A stretch of DNA of 64,000 bases. It comes from an uncultured Roseicyclus sp. Its GTDB lineage: Bacteria; Pseudomonadota; Alphaproteobacteria; Rhodobacterales; Rhodobacteraceae. The stretch spans positions 19,637-83,636 of the forward strand of contig CAZOBK010000005.1 of NCBI GenBank assembly GCA_964578115.1. Direction: 5' to 3'. A program made the translations under genes and the position numbers. The notes under the pieces are model-generated. The model was not told where the DNA came from and did not search any database. It was given only the letters and a program-made list of their open reading frames with translations. The first letter of the stretch is position 1; the number at the start of each line of letters is the position of its first letter. Below, in pieces: positions 41,695 through 51,095 of this stretch.

Positions 41695-42489
41695 ATGGCT
41701 GTCCAACACCACACAACCCTCCCGCTCGACCAGCGCCCGCCGTTGCTGCGCCTGAACCATGTCGACAAGGTTTTCTCCGGCGATGTCGTGGCACTCAGGG
41801 ACATGACCCTGCAGGTGAACCAGGGCGACTTCATATCGCTTCTCGGCCCCTCGGGCTGCGGCAAATCCACGGCGCTCCGGATCATTTCCGACCTGATGTA
41901 CCCCACCCGAGGGTCCATCGACTGGGAGGGCGGTCACGGTCGCGGCGATCTGGGTGTCGTGTTCCAGGAACCCACGCTGATGCCCTGGGCCACGGTGGCG
42001 CAGAATGTCTGGCTGCCGTTCCGGCTGGCCGGCAAGAGCTATGCCGAGGTGAAGGACGATGTTCTCGAGGTGCTGCGCCTTGTGGGTCTCGAGAAGTTCC
42101 AGAATTCCTACCCGCGGGAGCTTTCGGGCGGCATGAAGATGCGCGTCTCGATCGCGCGGGCCATCGTCACGAACCCGCGGCTGATCCTGATGGACGAACC
42201 CTTTGCCGCGCTCGACGAGATCACGCGTCACAAGCTCAACCACGACCTGCTCGAGCTGAAGACCAAGATCGGCTGCACGGTCATCTTCGTGACCCACTCG
42301 GTCTTCGAAAGCGTCTTTCTGTCCGACCGGATCGTGGTCATGGCCGCGCGCCCCGGCCGTGTCATGGCCGAACTCGAGGTGGACGAACCATACCCCCGTG
42401 GCGAGGACTTCCGCACCTCGGCCGATTACGCCGCCCACGCGCGACGCGCCTCGGAGGCGCTGAAGGAAGCCATGGGAGAACCCGCATGA
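41695..42489 (+). CDS. ABC transporter ATP-binding protein (NitT/TauT family)
   Basis: Walker A GPSGCGKST, signature LSGGMKMR, Walker B LILMDEPF. Confidence 0.9.
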   Translation: MAVQHHTTLPLDQRPPLLRLNHVDKVFSGDVVALRDMTLQVNQGDFISLLGPSGCGKSTALRIISDLMYPTRGSIDWEGGHGRGDLGVVFQEPTLMPWATVAQNVWLPFRLAGKSYAEVKDDVLEVLRLVGLEKFQNSYPRELSGGMKMRVSIARAIVTNPRLILMDEPFAALDEITRHKLNHDLLELKTKIGCTVIFVTHSVFESVFLSDRIVVMAARPGRVMAELEVDEPYPRGEDFRTSADYAAHARRASEALKEAMGEPA

Positions 42490-43349
42490 GCCTTGCCGAC
42501 GAACAGCCCATCGGAGCCACGGCGGCGCGCGACGAGGACGAGATCCGCCGTGCCCGCGCCGCGCGGATCGAGAGCCTGGCGAAATGGGTCCTGCCCGTGG
42601 CGATCATGGCGCTCGCGATCCTCGGCTGGGCCTGGATCGTGACCGCCAACGAGATCCCGCACTACATCCTGCCGGGTCCCGATCGGGTCTGGGACAGCCT
42701 CGTCAACGATTGGGGCATGCTGATCGATGCGGCCTACCTGACCGGTCGGATCACGCTCTTGGCGCTGGTCCTTGCCGTGATCGGAGGCGCGGGCCTTGCC
42801 ATCCTGTTCAACCAGTCGAAGATGCTGGAGCTGTCGTTCTACCCCTACGCAGTGATCTTGCAGGTCACGCCGGTGGTCTCCATCGCACCGCTGATCTTCA
42901 TCTACGTGGACAGCAAGGTGGCGGGGATGCTGCTCTGCGCGTGGATCGTGGCGTTCTTCCCGGTGCTGAGTTCCACCACGCTCGGCCTGAATTCCGTCGA
43001 TCACAACCTGCGCGACCTTTTCCGCATCTACGGCGCCACGCGCTGGCAGCGGCTGCGGTTCCTGCAACTGCCCTCGGCGCTGCCCTATTTCCTCGGCGGC
43101 CTCAAGATCGCGGGTGGCCTCAGCCTGATCGGCGCCGTCGTGGCCGAGCTTGTGGCGGGCACGGGCGGTATCGGCTCGGGCCTCGCCTTCCGCATTCAGG
43201 AGGCGGGCTATCGCCTGAATATCGCGCGGATGTTCGCCGCGCTGGCCATGGTGGCCGCAATGGGTGTCTTCATCTTCGCAGCCCTTAGCGTGCTATCCCA
43301 CCTTCTGCTCAGGAAGTGGCACGAAAGCGCCATCAGCCGCGAAACCTGA
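42486..43349 (+). CDS. ABC transporter permease (NitT/TauT family)
   Basis: 287 aa from ATG 42486 (ATGA overlap with the ATPase stop). Multiple TM helices and a BPD-transporter EAA-like loop (...ATRWQRLRFLQLPSALPY). Confidence 0.85.
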   Translation: MSLADEQPIGATAARDEDEIRRARAARIESLAKWVLPVAIMALAILGWAWIVTANEIPHYILPGPDRVWDSLVNDWGMLIDAAYLTGRITLLALVLAVIGGAGLAILFNQSKMLELSFYPYAVILQVTPVVSIAPLIFIYVDSKVAGMLLCAWIVAFFPVLSSTTLGLNSVDHNLRDLFRIYGATRWQRLRFLQLPSALPYFLGGLKIAGGLSLIGAVVAELVAGTGGIGSGLAFRIQEAGYRLNIARMFAALAMVAAMGVFIFAALSVLSHLLLRKWHESAISRET

Positions 43350-44626
43350 TGGACTTCCGGACGATCCCCCAAGGCAGCGTCACGTTGTCCAACGTGACGA
43401 TCCCGGCCTGCCTTCTGGGGCGGCCGGGCGACCTCGTGCGCACCGACATCTCCATCGCCGACGGCCGCATCGCGGAGGCACAGGCCATCGCCATCGACAT
43501 GGGCGGCGCGATGGTCTTTCCGGCCTTCATCGACATGCACACCCATCTCGACAAGGGGCATATCTGGCCGCGCAGCCCCAACCCCGACGGCAGCTTCACG
43601 GGCGCGCTGAACACCGTGCGCGCCGACAGCGCCGCCCGCTGGAGCGCCGAGGACCTGCGCGCGCGCATGGAATTTTCCCTCCGCTCCGCCTATGCCCACG
43701 GCACAAGGGCGATCCGCACCCATCTCGACTCCGTTACGCCGCAGGACGACATCACATGGCCCGTTTTCCGCGAGCTTCAGGCGGATTGGGCGGACCGGAT
43801 CGACCTTCAGGCCGCGTGCCTGATCGGATGCGACACGTGGACGGATGACGACGGTCCCTTCGGCCACACTGCCGACCTCGTGGCCGAGACCCGGGGCGGC
43901 GTGCTCGGCATGGTGACCTACCCGATGCCGGACCTGCGCGACCGGGTGAGGGGCTTTTTCGCACAAGGCGCCGCGCGCGGGCTCGACGCGGATTTCCACG
44001 TCGACGAGACCATGGACCCGAGCGTCGAGACCCTGCGCGACATCGCGGAGCTGAAGATCGAGACCGGCTTTGAGGGCCGGGTCGTCGTCGGGCATTGCTG
44101 CTCGCTGTCTGCGCAGGACGAGGCGCGGGCGATGGACACGCTCGACCTGGTGGCCAGGGCCGGTATCGACGTGGTCAGCCTGCCGATGTGCAACCTCTAC
44201 CTGCAGGACCGCACGCCGGAGGGCACCGCCCGCACGCCGCGCAGGCGCGGCATCACGCTGGCCCACGAGATGCGCGAACGCGGCATCCGGGTCAGCTTCG
44301 CCTCCGACAACACGCGCGATCCGTTCTACGCCTATGGCGACATGGACATGCTCGAGGTGATGCGCGAGGCCACGCGGATCGGCCATCTCGACCATTCCCG
44401 CCACGACTGGACGGAGGCCTTTCTGACCGCACCCGCCGCTACCTGCGGGTTCGATGCGCCCTCTCTCGCGCCCGGCGCGCCCGCCGATCTGGTGATCGTG
44501 AAGGCGCGCAGCTGGACCGAGCTTTTCTCCCGCCCGCAATCCGACCGCATCGTGCTGAGACATGGGCTGCGCATCGACCGCACTCTGCCTGACTATGCGG
44601 AGCTCGACCATCTGATGACGACCTGA
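43349..44626 (+). CDS. Cytosine-deaminase-like amidohydrolase-superfamily deaminase (substrate unknown)
   Basis: 425 aa. The metal-binding motif FIDMHTHLDKGH and later H/D motifs occur in the order expected for the cytosine deaminase subgroup. The ATG shares one nt with the permease stop (TGATG). Confidence 0.75.
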   Translation: MDFRTIPQGSVTLSNVTIPACLLGRPGDLVRTDISIADGRIAEAQAIAIDMGGAMVFPAFIDMHTHLDKGHIWPRSPNPDGSFTGALNTVRADSAARWSAEDLRARMEFSLRSAYAHGTRAIRTHLDSVTPQDDITWPVFRELQADWADRIDLQAACLIGCDTWTDDDGPFGHTADLVAETRGGVLGMVTYPMPDLRDRVRGFFAQGAARGLDADFHVDETMDPSVETLRDIAELKIETGFEGRVVVGHCCSLSAQDEARAMDTLDLVARAGIDVVSLPMCNLYLQDRTPEGTARTPRRRGITLAHEMRERGIRVSFASDNTRDPFYAYGDMDMLEVMREATRIGHLDHSRHDWTEAFLTAPAATCGFDAPSLAPGAPADLVIVKARSWTELFSRPQSDRIVLRHGLRIDRTLPDYAELDHLMTT

Positions 44627-44651
44627 CCGAAGACGACCTGACGAGGATCAC

Positions 44652-46067
44652 ATGCACCCGAATGTAGCTGCCGCCAAAGCCGCCCTTGCCCATATCGAAC
44701 AGGACGAAAACCCGGCCACGATCCGCTCGAAAAGCCGCGATTTCTTCTGGTATTCGCCGGTTCTGAAGGCGGCGATGGACCACCTCGAGGCCGATTTCGT
44801 CGTGAACCCGAAATCGGAGGAGGAGGTAATCGAGATCATGCGTGTCTGCTATGCGCATGACGTTCCGGTCACCACGCGCGGCGCGGGCACCGGCAACTAC
44901 GGACAGGCCATGCCGATGCGGGGTGGCTGCGTGATGCACATGAAGAACATGGCCTCGGTCAAGGAAATCGCGCCGGGCCGCGTCGTGGCCGAGCCCGGGA
45001 TCGTCATCAAGGAACTCGACGCCCAGACCCGCGCCCATTCGGGTCAGGAGTTGCGCATGATGCCATCGACCTTCGCGACCGCCAGCATCGGCGGCTTCGT
45101 CGCGGGCGGCTCGGGTGGCATCGGCTCCTGCACCTGGGGCGCGCTGCGCGACTTCGGCAACATCATCCGTCTGCGCGTCGTCACGATGGAGGAAGAGCCG
45201 CGCGTGCTCGACCTGACCGGGGACGAGCTGCCGCGCGTCAGCCACGCCTTCGGCACCAACGGGATCATCACCGAGATCGAGATGCCGCTGGCGCCCGCCT
45301 ATGACTGGACGGAGCTTCTGGTGGCCTTCGACGATTTCACCGCCGCCGCCACCTTCGCGCAAGACGTGGCCAACGAGGACGGCATCCTCATCAAGCTGGC
45401 CACCGTGTTCGAGGCGCCCATCGGCAAGACCTACTTCCAGCGCATCGCGCCGCATGTGGAGGAAGGCACGAACCTCGTGATCCTGCTGGTGGCCCCACAT
45501 TCCTTCGAGGGGCTCAAGACCTTCATGAAGGCCACCGATTGCACCGGTGAGATCCTCTACAACTCGGCCGACAACGACTGGCCCAAGACGCCCGGCGCTC
45601 TGGGGGAGTACACCTGGAACCACACCACACTGCGCGCGCTCAAGGTGGATCCGTCGATCACCTACCTGCAGGTCCGCTACCGGTATCCCGATCACATGGA
45701 ACTGATAGAGAAGGTGCGCGAGACCTTCGGCGCGGAGGTCCTGCAGCATCTCGAGGTGATGCGCGAGAACGGCAAGGTCATGTTCGCGGGCCTGCCGATC
45801 GTGGCCTTCTCGACGCCCGAACGGCTCGACGAGATCGTGGCGATCCACGAGGAGATGGGCTGCATGATCTTCAACCCGCATCGCTACACGCTGGAGGAAG
45901 GCGGGCGGCAGTCGACCGACGCGCGGCAGCTGAACTTCAAGCGCGAGGCCGATCCCAAGGGGCTGCTCAATCCCGGAAAGATGGTTGCCTGGGACGCGCC
46001 GGATTTCGACTATTCCACGATGTACACCTATCCCGGCATGACGCCCAAACCGGAGGCGGCCGAGTGA
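44652..46067 (+). CDS. FAD-linked oxidase (PCMH-type FAD-binding domain) oxidoreductase
   Basis: 471 aa. FAD-binding segment PKSEEEVIEIMRVCYAHDVPVTTRGAGTGNYGQA. GAGGA RBS. Confidence 0.8.
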   Translation: MHPNVAAAKAALAHIEQDENPATIRSKSRDFFWYSPVLKAAMDHLEADFVVNPKSEEEVIEIMRVCYAHDVPVTTRGAGTGNYGQAMPMRGGCVMHMKNMASVKEIAPGRVVAEPGIVIKELDAQTRAHSGQELRMMPSTFATASIGGFVAGGSGGIGSCTWGALRDFGNIIRLRVVTMEEEPRVLDLTGDELPRVSHAFGTNGIITEIEMPLAPAYDWTELLVAFDDFTAAATFAQDVANEDGILIKLATVFEAPIGKTYFQRIAPHVEEGTNLVILLVAPHSFEGLKTFMKATDCTGEILYNSADNDWPKTPGALGEYTWNHTTLRALKVDPSITYLQVRYRYPDHMELIEKVRETFGAEVLQHLEVMRENGKVMFAGLPIVAFSTPERLDEIVAIHEEMGCMIFNPHRYTLEEGGRQSTDARQLNFKREADPKGLLNPGKMVAWDAPDFDYSTMYTYPGMTPKPEAAE

Positions 46068-46133
46068 GAGGCTTCGTTGCCTTCGGCGACAACGGTTTCA
46101 GGCGTGTCTCGCCGCGCAAGCGCGACGACCGCG

Positions 46134-46185
46134 CCGGGGGGCGGGCCCCCCGGACCCCCCGTGCGTATTTCTGGAAAGATGAAGG
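46134..46185 (+). repeat. Intergenic repeat element copy A: GC hairpin CCGGGGGG-CGGG-CCCCCCGG followed by GCGTATTTCTGGAAAGATGAAGG
   Basis: The 23-mer at 46163-46185 matches 60850-60872 at 22 of 23 positions. Both copies are preceded by a perfect GC-rich hairpin ending in ...CCGGAC. Confidence 0.65.
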
Positions 46186-46194
46186 AGGGGCACG

Positions 46195-46776
46195 GTGAAA
46201 CGGGCGCTCGTGCTCTTTGCCCATCCCTGCCCCGAAAGCTTTTCGGCGGCGCTCCATGGGCAGGTGGTCGCCCGCCTGTCCGCCGGAGGCTGGGCCGTCG
46301 ATGATTGCGACCTGAACGCCGAAGGCTTCGACCCCGTCCTGAGCGAGGCGGAGCGGCGCGGCTATCACGAGGAGCCCGCGAATATCATACCCGTCGCGCC
46401 CTATGTCGAACGCGTACGGGCGGCGGATGCGCTGGTCATGGTCTTCCCGGTCTGGAATTTCGGCTATCCCGCGATCCTCAAGGGCTTTCTCGACCGCGTC
46501 TTCCTGCCGGGCGTGTCCTTCCGGCTGGAGGATGGCAAGGTGAAACCGAACCTCACGCAGATCCGGAAGCTCGCGGCGGTGACGACCTATGGCGGAAGCC
46601 GTACGCGCGCGCTTCTTGTGGGCGACCCGCCGCGCAAATGCGTCACAAGGGCGGTCTGGCATGTCTGCCGTCCCGAGAAGATGAAATACCTCGCGCTCTA
46701 CGATATGAATCGGGCCGATGAGGCCAAGCGGGCCGCGTTTCTCGACAAGGTCGGCCGCGAGATGGAGGTGTTCTGA
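46195..46776 (+). CDS. Flavodoxin-like fold NAD(P)H dehydrogenase (quinone)-family protein, copy 1
   Basis: 193 aa. LVLFAHPCPESF and VFPVWNFGYPAILKGFLDRV motifs. GTG start behind a GAAGGAGGGG RBS. Confidence 0.8.
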   Translation: MKRALVLFAHPCPESFSAALHGQVVARLSAGGWAVDDCDLNAEGFDPVLSEAERRGYHEEPANIIPVAPYVERVRAADALVMVFPVWNFGYPAILKGFLDRVFLPGVSFRLEDGKVKPNLTQIRKLAAVTTYGGSRTRALLVGDPPRKCVTRAVWHVCRPEKMKYLALYDMNRADEAKRAAFLDKVGREMEVF

Positions 46777-46779
46777 CCC

Positions 46780-47412
46780 ATGCGGGCACTGGTGATCTAT
46801 TGCCACCCCCGGCAGGGCAGCTTCACCGAAGCCGTGCGCGATGTGGTTCTGGCGAAGCTGAACACCGTCGGCGCCGAGGTCCGCCTGAGAGACCTTTACG
46901 CAGAAGGCTTCGATCCGGTGCTGAGCGGGCGGGAGCACGAGATCTACGAGGACGAGGCGCTGAACCGCGATCCCGTCGCCTCTCATTGCGCGGACCTTGC
47001 GTGGTGCGACACGCTGATCTTCGTCTATCCGACCTGGTGGTACGGGCTGCCCGCGATGATCAAGGGCTGGCTTGACCGGGTGCTGGTGCCCGGCCTTGCC
47101 TTCCTCATGCCGGACGAGGCGAACACCGACATCCGTCCGGGCCTGACACATATCCGGCGGCTCGGCGTCTTCACCACCTGCGGCGCGAGTTTCTGGCTGA
47201 CAAGGATGATCGGCGCGCCGGGCAAGCGCACGCTTCTGCGCGGCCTGCGCCTGCTTTGCGGCAGGAATTGCAAAACGGTCTTCGCGGCGCATTACCTGAT
47301 GGACAGCTCGACCGCAGAAAGCCGGGCAAAGCACCTTAGGCGCGTCGCCGCCAAGATGGACCGCCTCGTTGGAAAGACACCCGCCACCCGCAGGGCGGAG
47401 GCCGCCGCATGA
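46780..47412 (+). CDS. Flavodoxin-like fold NAD(P)H dehydrogenase (quinone)-family protein, copy 2 (tandem paralogue)
   Basis: 210 aa. LVIYCHPRQGSF and VYPTWWYGLPAMIKGWLDRV motifs, parallel to copy 1. Confidence 0.8.
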   Translation: MRALVIYCHPRQGSFTEAVRDVVLAKLNTVGAEVRLRDLYAEGFDPVLSGREHEIYEDEALNRDPVASHCADLAWCDTLIFVYPTWWYGLPAMIKGWLDRVLVPGLAFLMPDEANTDIRPGLTHIRRLGVFTTCGASFWLTRMIGAPGKRTLLRGLRLLCGRNCKTVFAAHYLMDSSTAESRAKHLRRVAAKMDRLVGKTPATRRAEAAA

Positions 47413-48335
47413 TCCCGGTTCTCGATTTCAGCCGTTTCTCGCAGGGCACGGATCGCGCGGGCTTCGTGGCCGACCTCGGCGCCGCGGCGCGGGGTCCGGG
47501 CTTCTTCCTGCTGAAGGGGCACGCGGTCGACCCGGACCTGCAGGCGGAGGTCTTTGCGCAGGCTGAACGCTTCTTCGCGCTGCCCCTGGAGGCGAAGGAA
47601 AGCGTGTCGATCCTCAAGACGCCGCATTACCGCGGATGGGCCCATGACGGGCTGGAAAGCCTCGACGAGACCTCGGGCCTCAAGGACCGCAAGGAGAGCT
47701 TCAATATCGGCTTCGACCTGCCACAGGACGACCCCCGCGTGATCGCGGGCGAGCCGTTTCGCGGCGTCAACCAGTGGCCCGATCTGCCCGGGTTCCGGGA
47801 CACGATGCTGGCCTATTACGACGCCGCGCTCGATCTGGGCGTGCGGCTTGCCCGTGCCATCGCGCTCGATCTCGGGCTGCCCGAGGACCATTTCGACTGC
47901 GCCTTTCACGAGCCTCTGGCGGCGCTGCGGGTGCTTCATTACCCGGCGGCGACCGGTGCCGCGGACGAGATCGGGGCGGGCGCGCATTCCGACTACGGCG
48001 TCGTCACGCTGTTGATGACGGATGGCGAGCCGGGGCTTCAGGTCAGGCCGAGGGGCGGCGACTGGACGGATGTGCCGCATGTGCCGGGCGCCTATGTGGT
48101 CAATATCGGCGATTGCCTGATGCGCTGGACCAACGACATCTATGTCTCGACCCCGCACCGGGTCCTGCCGCCCAGACGCGTGCGCCGCTCCGTCGCGATG
48201 TTCGTGGAGGCGAACCCGGATGTCGTGGTCAAGGCGCTGCCGGGAACGGGCGGCCCGAAATACGCGGCGATCCGCGCGGCCGACTACCTGCAGAGCCGCC
48301 TTGACGCCACATATAACGAGACCGTGGGCGGCTAG
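47409..48335 (+). CDS. 2-oxoglutarate/Fe(II)-dependent oxygenase (isopenicillin N synthase-like family)
   Basis: 308 aa. MIPVLDFS N-terminus, HSDYG (H-x-D) and STPHRV facial-triad motifs. ATGA overlap with the preceding gene. Confidence 0.85.
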   Translation: MIPVLDFSRFSQGTDRAGFVADLGAAARGPGFFLLKGHAVDPDLQAEVFAQAERFFALPLEAKESVSILKTPHYRGWAHDGLESLDETSGLKDRKESFNIGFDLPQDDPRVIAGEPFRGVNQWPDLPGFRDTMLAYYDAALDLGVRLARAIALDLGLPEDHFDCAFHEPLAALRVLHYPAATGAADEIGAGAHSDYGVVTLLMTDGEPGLQVRPRGGDWTDVPHVPGAYVVNIGDCLMRWTNDIYVSTPHRVLPPRRVRRSVAMFVEANPDVVVKALPGTGGPKYAAIRAADYLQSRLDATYNETVGG

Positions 48336-48339
48336 GGTC

Positions 48340-50238
48340 TTACCACGACACGCCTGCAGGCGGCAGCACGCGGCCGTCGAATTCGACAGGCTCGGGCCCG
48401 TGGTTGAAGACGAAGCGCGTGGACCCGCTTTGCCGGATCCGGATATCGGGCGGCAGGTCGAGGGTGGCGACGCCGGCCTCGGCGCAGGCGCGCAACAGGA
48501 TATGGCGAAGGAACCGTGGATCGGGCCACCCCCCCAGATAGGTGAGGTTTGCCGCGCGCACCGTGACCGGTCTGCCATCGGCGTCCTTGTCCAGCACCGT
48601 CGCGCCGGTTTCGAGATCCTCGCGCCAATGGGTGACCTCTCCGACCTGCGCCATGGGCACGGGCATGTCGGGGCGCAGCGTCTCGACCCGGCTCACCGTG
48701 ACGTCGAGGCCGGGGATCGCCGGCGGCAAGGGCACCGGGATCGACAGCGACGGGGTCTTGGCCCCCGTGCGCGGGCCGAGGATGACTTGTGCTTTCGTCC
48801 GGGTGATGGCGTCGATGAGCGCGGCGGGCGGCGCGACGATGCCCGGGATCAGGACCAGCCGGTAGGCGCCGAGATCGCCGGTGTCGGGCGGCAGGATGTC
48901 GACCGACAGGCCCAGCTTGCGCAACCCGCGATAGACCTCGAAGACGAGGCGGAAGTAGTCGCACCCCCTGCCTTGCGGCTGAACCGTCCAGGCCCAGGCG
49001 GAGGCGTAGTCGAACACCAGCGCCACCGGCGCGGGCGTCTCCTCGACCGTCGGCAACTCGGCCAGTTCCGCCGCCACCTGTTCGGCCTCGGCGAATGCCG
49101 GAGCCGCGACGCTGTCGGGGCGCAGCAGGCCCGCGTGATATTGCTCCTGCGCGAAGGGCGCCTGCCGCCAGCGGAAGTAACTCACGACCTCCGCGCCGTG
49201 GGCGAAGGCCTCCCACGTCCAGAAGCGCACCATGCCCGGCAGCGGCGCGGGGTTGTAGGGCGCCCAGTTCACCGGGCCGGGCTGCTGTTCCATCACCCAC
49301 CAGCGGCCATGGCCCACGGTGCGGTAGAGGTCATGGTGGAAGGCCTGGAAATCCGGGTCACCCTGCCGCGCATAGCGCCGCTTTTGATCGGCGGAGTCCT
49401 CCAGCCGATCCTCCAGAAAGCCCAAGGGGTAGCTGTCCCATGTGGCGATCTCCATCTGCGCGCCAAGCGCGAAATGGTCGAAATCCAGCGTCCGGCCCAT
49501 GTAATTGTGCGAGATCGGCGCGTCCGACCGCGCGCGAATCGCGGCGACCTGGCCCGCGTTGAACCGCGCGACCTGGTCCGAGGCGAAGCGGCGGAAATCC
49601 AGCGCGTGCGAAGGGTTCGGTTCGGTGACCGTCAGGTGGGGCAGATCGACTTGGTCGAAGCTGGCATATTCCATCGACCAGAAGACGTTCCCCCAGGCCC
49701 GGTTGAGTGCATCCACACTCTGGTAGCGCTGCGCCAGCCAGTCGCGGAACGCGGCCCGCGCGGCGTCGGAGTAGCTCAGCACCGTGTCGTGGCAGGCGTA
49801 TTCGTTGTCCGTCTGCCATGCGCCGAGGCCGGGGTGACGCCCGTAACGCTCGGCCAGCGCAGCGGTGATGCGGATCGCCTCGGCCCGGTAGCCGTCATGC
49901 GAGAAACAGTAGTGACGGCGCGACCCGAAGCCGCGCGGCCGCCCCTCGGCGTCGACGGCCAGCATGTTGGGATGCCGGTCGAGCATCCAGCGCGGCGGCG
50001 TGGCTGTGGGCGTTCCAAGCACCACCTTGAGGCCGGCCCCCGTCAGCACGTCGAAGGCCCGGTCCATCCAGCCCCAGTCGAAGCGGCCGGCTTCCGGCTC
50101 CAGCCGGGACCACGCGAATTCGCCGATGCGCACCCATGTCAGGCCAAGCTCCGCCATGCATCGTGCGTCATCCGCCCAGATCTCTTCCGGCCAGTGTTCG
50201 GGATAATAACAGGTGCCGAGCGCGCGTTTCAGGGTCAC
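48340..50238 (-). CDS. Glycoside hydrolase family 42 beta-galactosidase
   Basis: 632 aa. N-terminal LGTCYYPEHWPEEIW and the GH42 catalytic-domain pattern (WQTDNEY). GTG start at 50238 overlaps the upstream TGA (GTGA). Confidence 0.85.
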   Translation of the reverse strand: MTLKRALGTCYYPEHWPEEIWADDARCMAELGLTWVRIGEFAWSRLEPEAGRFDWGWMDRAFDVLTGAGLKVVLGTPTATPPRWMLDRHPNMLAVDAEGRPRGFGSRRHYCFSHDGYRAEAIRITAALAERYGRHPGLGAWQTDNEYACHDTVLSYSDAARAAFRDWLAQRYQSVDALNRAWGNVFWSMEYASFDQVDLPHLTVTEPNPSHALDFRRFASDQVARFNAGQVAAIRARSDAPISHNYMGRTLDFDHFALGAQMEIATWDSYPLGFLEDRLEDSADQKRRYARQGDPDFQAFHHDLYRTVGHGRWWVMEQQPGPVNWAPYNPAPLPGMVRFWTWEAFAHGAEVVSYFRWRQAPFAQEQYHAGLLRPDSVAAPAFAEAEQVAAELAELPTVEETPAPVALVFDYASAWAWTVQPQGRGCDYFRLVFEVYRGLRKLGLSVDILPPDTGDLGAYRLVLIPGIVAPPAALIDAITRTKAQVILGPRTGAKTPSLSIPVPLPPAIPGLDVTVSRVETLRPDMPVPMAQVGEVTHWREDLETGATVLDKDADGRPVTVRAANLTYLGGWPDPRFLRHILLRACAEAGVATLDLPPDIRIRQSGSTRFVFNHGPEPVEFDGRVLPPAGVSW

Positions 50239-51095
50239 AGGATCACCCGGTGTTCGGGTTGGCCGCGCACGGGCGCGGCGACGCACAGGGTCATTCCGGA
50301 CCGGGGCGCGCCGTCCATTGCGTCGCTCGGCAGACCCTGGCGCGCAGAGGTGACGTAGAGCGTGCGCATGTCCGACCCGCCGAAGGCCGGGCAGGTGGGT
50401 TGCGGCACGTCGAGCGCCACTTCGTCTACAAGATTGCCTTCCACATCGTAGCGACCGACACGCGCACCGCCCCATTCCGCGCACCAGAAACCGCCCTCGG
50501 CATCCACTACCGCGCCGTCGGGATTGATCCCGCTTTCGCGATGATCGAGCCAGACCTCCCAATCGCCGTCGGGCCAGCCCTCGGCATCAAGCGGGATGCG
50601 CCAGACGATGTGTTCCGCAGTATCGGCGAAAAAGGCATGCCGCACGTCCGGCGCGAAACAGGTGGCGTTGGGGATGGTGATCCCGTCGCGCAGTTGCACG
50701 ACCTCCCCCCGGTAGAACCGGTAGAGCGCGCCCGCGCCCGCCTCGGCGTTCTTGCCCATGGTCCCGATCCAGAAGCCGCCGAAGGGATCGGCGCGCCCGT
50801 CATTGGACCGGGTGACGGCGTTGCCCTCTTCCAGCGGCGCGACATGCTCCTGCGCGCCCGTGCCGAGGTCGAAGCGGAACAGGTCCGTCTCGCTGGCCAC
50901 CAGCAACGTGTCGCGATCGACCCAGCCCGCAGCGCTGACGTGACGGTCGAAGGTCCAGTCCGTCGCCCCGTCCTCCGACCGCGTCAGCAGGCGCTTTCCC
51001 ATGATGTCGAACCAGAACAGCTGCCCCCGCTCGGGATGCCAGAGCGGCCCTTCGCCCAAGACGCAGGCGCGGTCGTCATAGGTCGCGACACTCAT
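50235..51095 (-). CDS. SMP-30/gluconolactonase/LRE-family lactonase (candidate galactonolactonase)
   Basis: 286 aa. [22 protein letters not shown]-terminus and beta-propeller repeats. ATGA overlaps at both ends. Confidence 0.85.
   Translation of the reverse strand: MSVATYDDRACVLGEGPLWHPERGQLFWFDIMGKRLLTRSEDGATDWTFDRHVSAAGWVDRDTLLVASETDLFRFDLGTGAQEHVAPLEEGNAVTRSNDGRADPFGGFWIGTMGKNAEAGAGALYRFYRGEVVQLRDGITIPNATCFAPDVRHAFFADTAEHIVWRIPLDAEGWPDGDWEVWLDHRESGINPDGAVVDAEGGFWCAEWGGARVGRYDVEGNLVDEVALDVPQPTCPAFGGSDMRTLYVTSARQGLPSDAMDGAPRSGMTLCVAAPVRGQPEHRVIL

Noticed and set aside
48142-50358. 738-aa plus-strand ORF opposite the GH42 gene, and a similar one at 61541-63766 opposite copA
   Set aside because: Same reasoning: low-complexity Arg/Gly-rich translations antisense to genes with unambiguous catalytic motifs.
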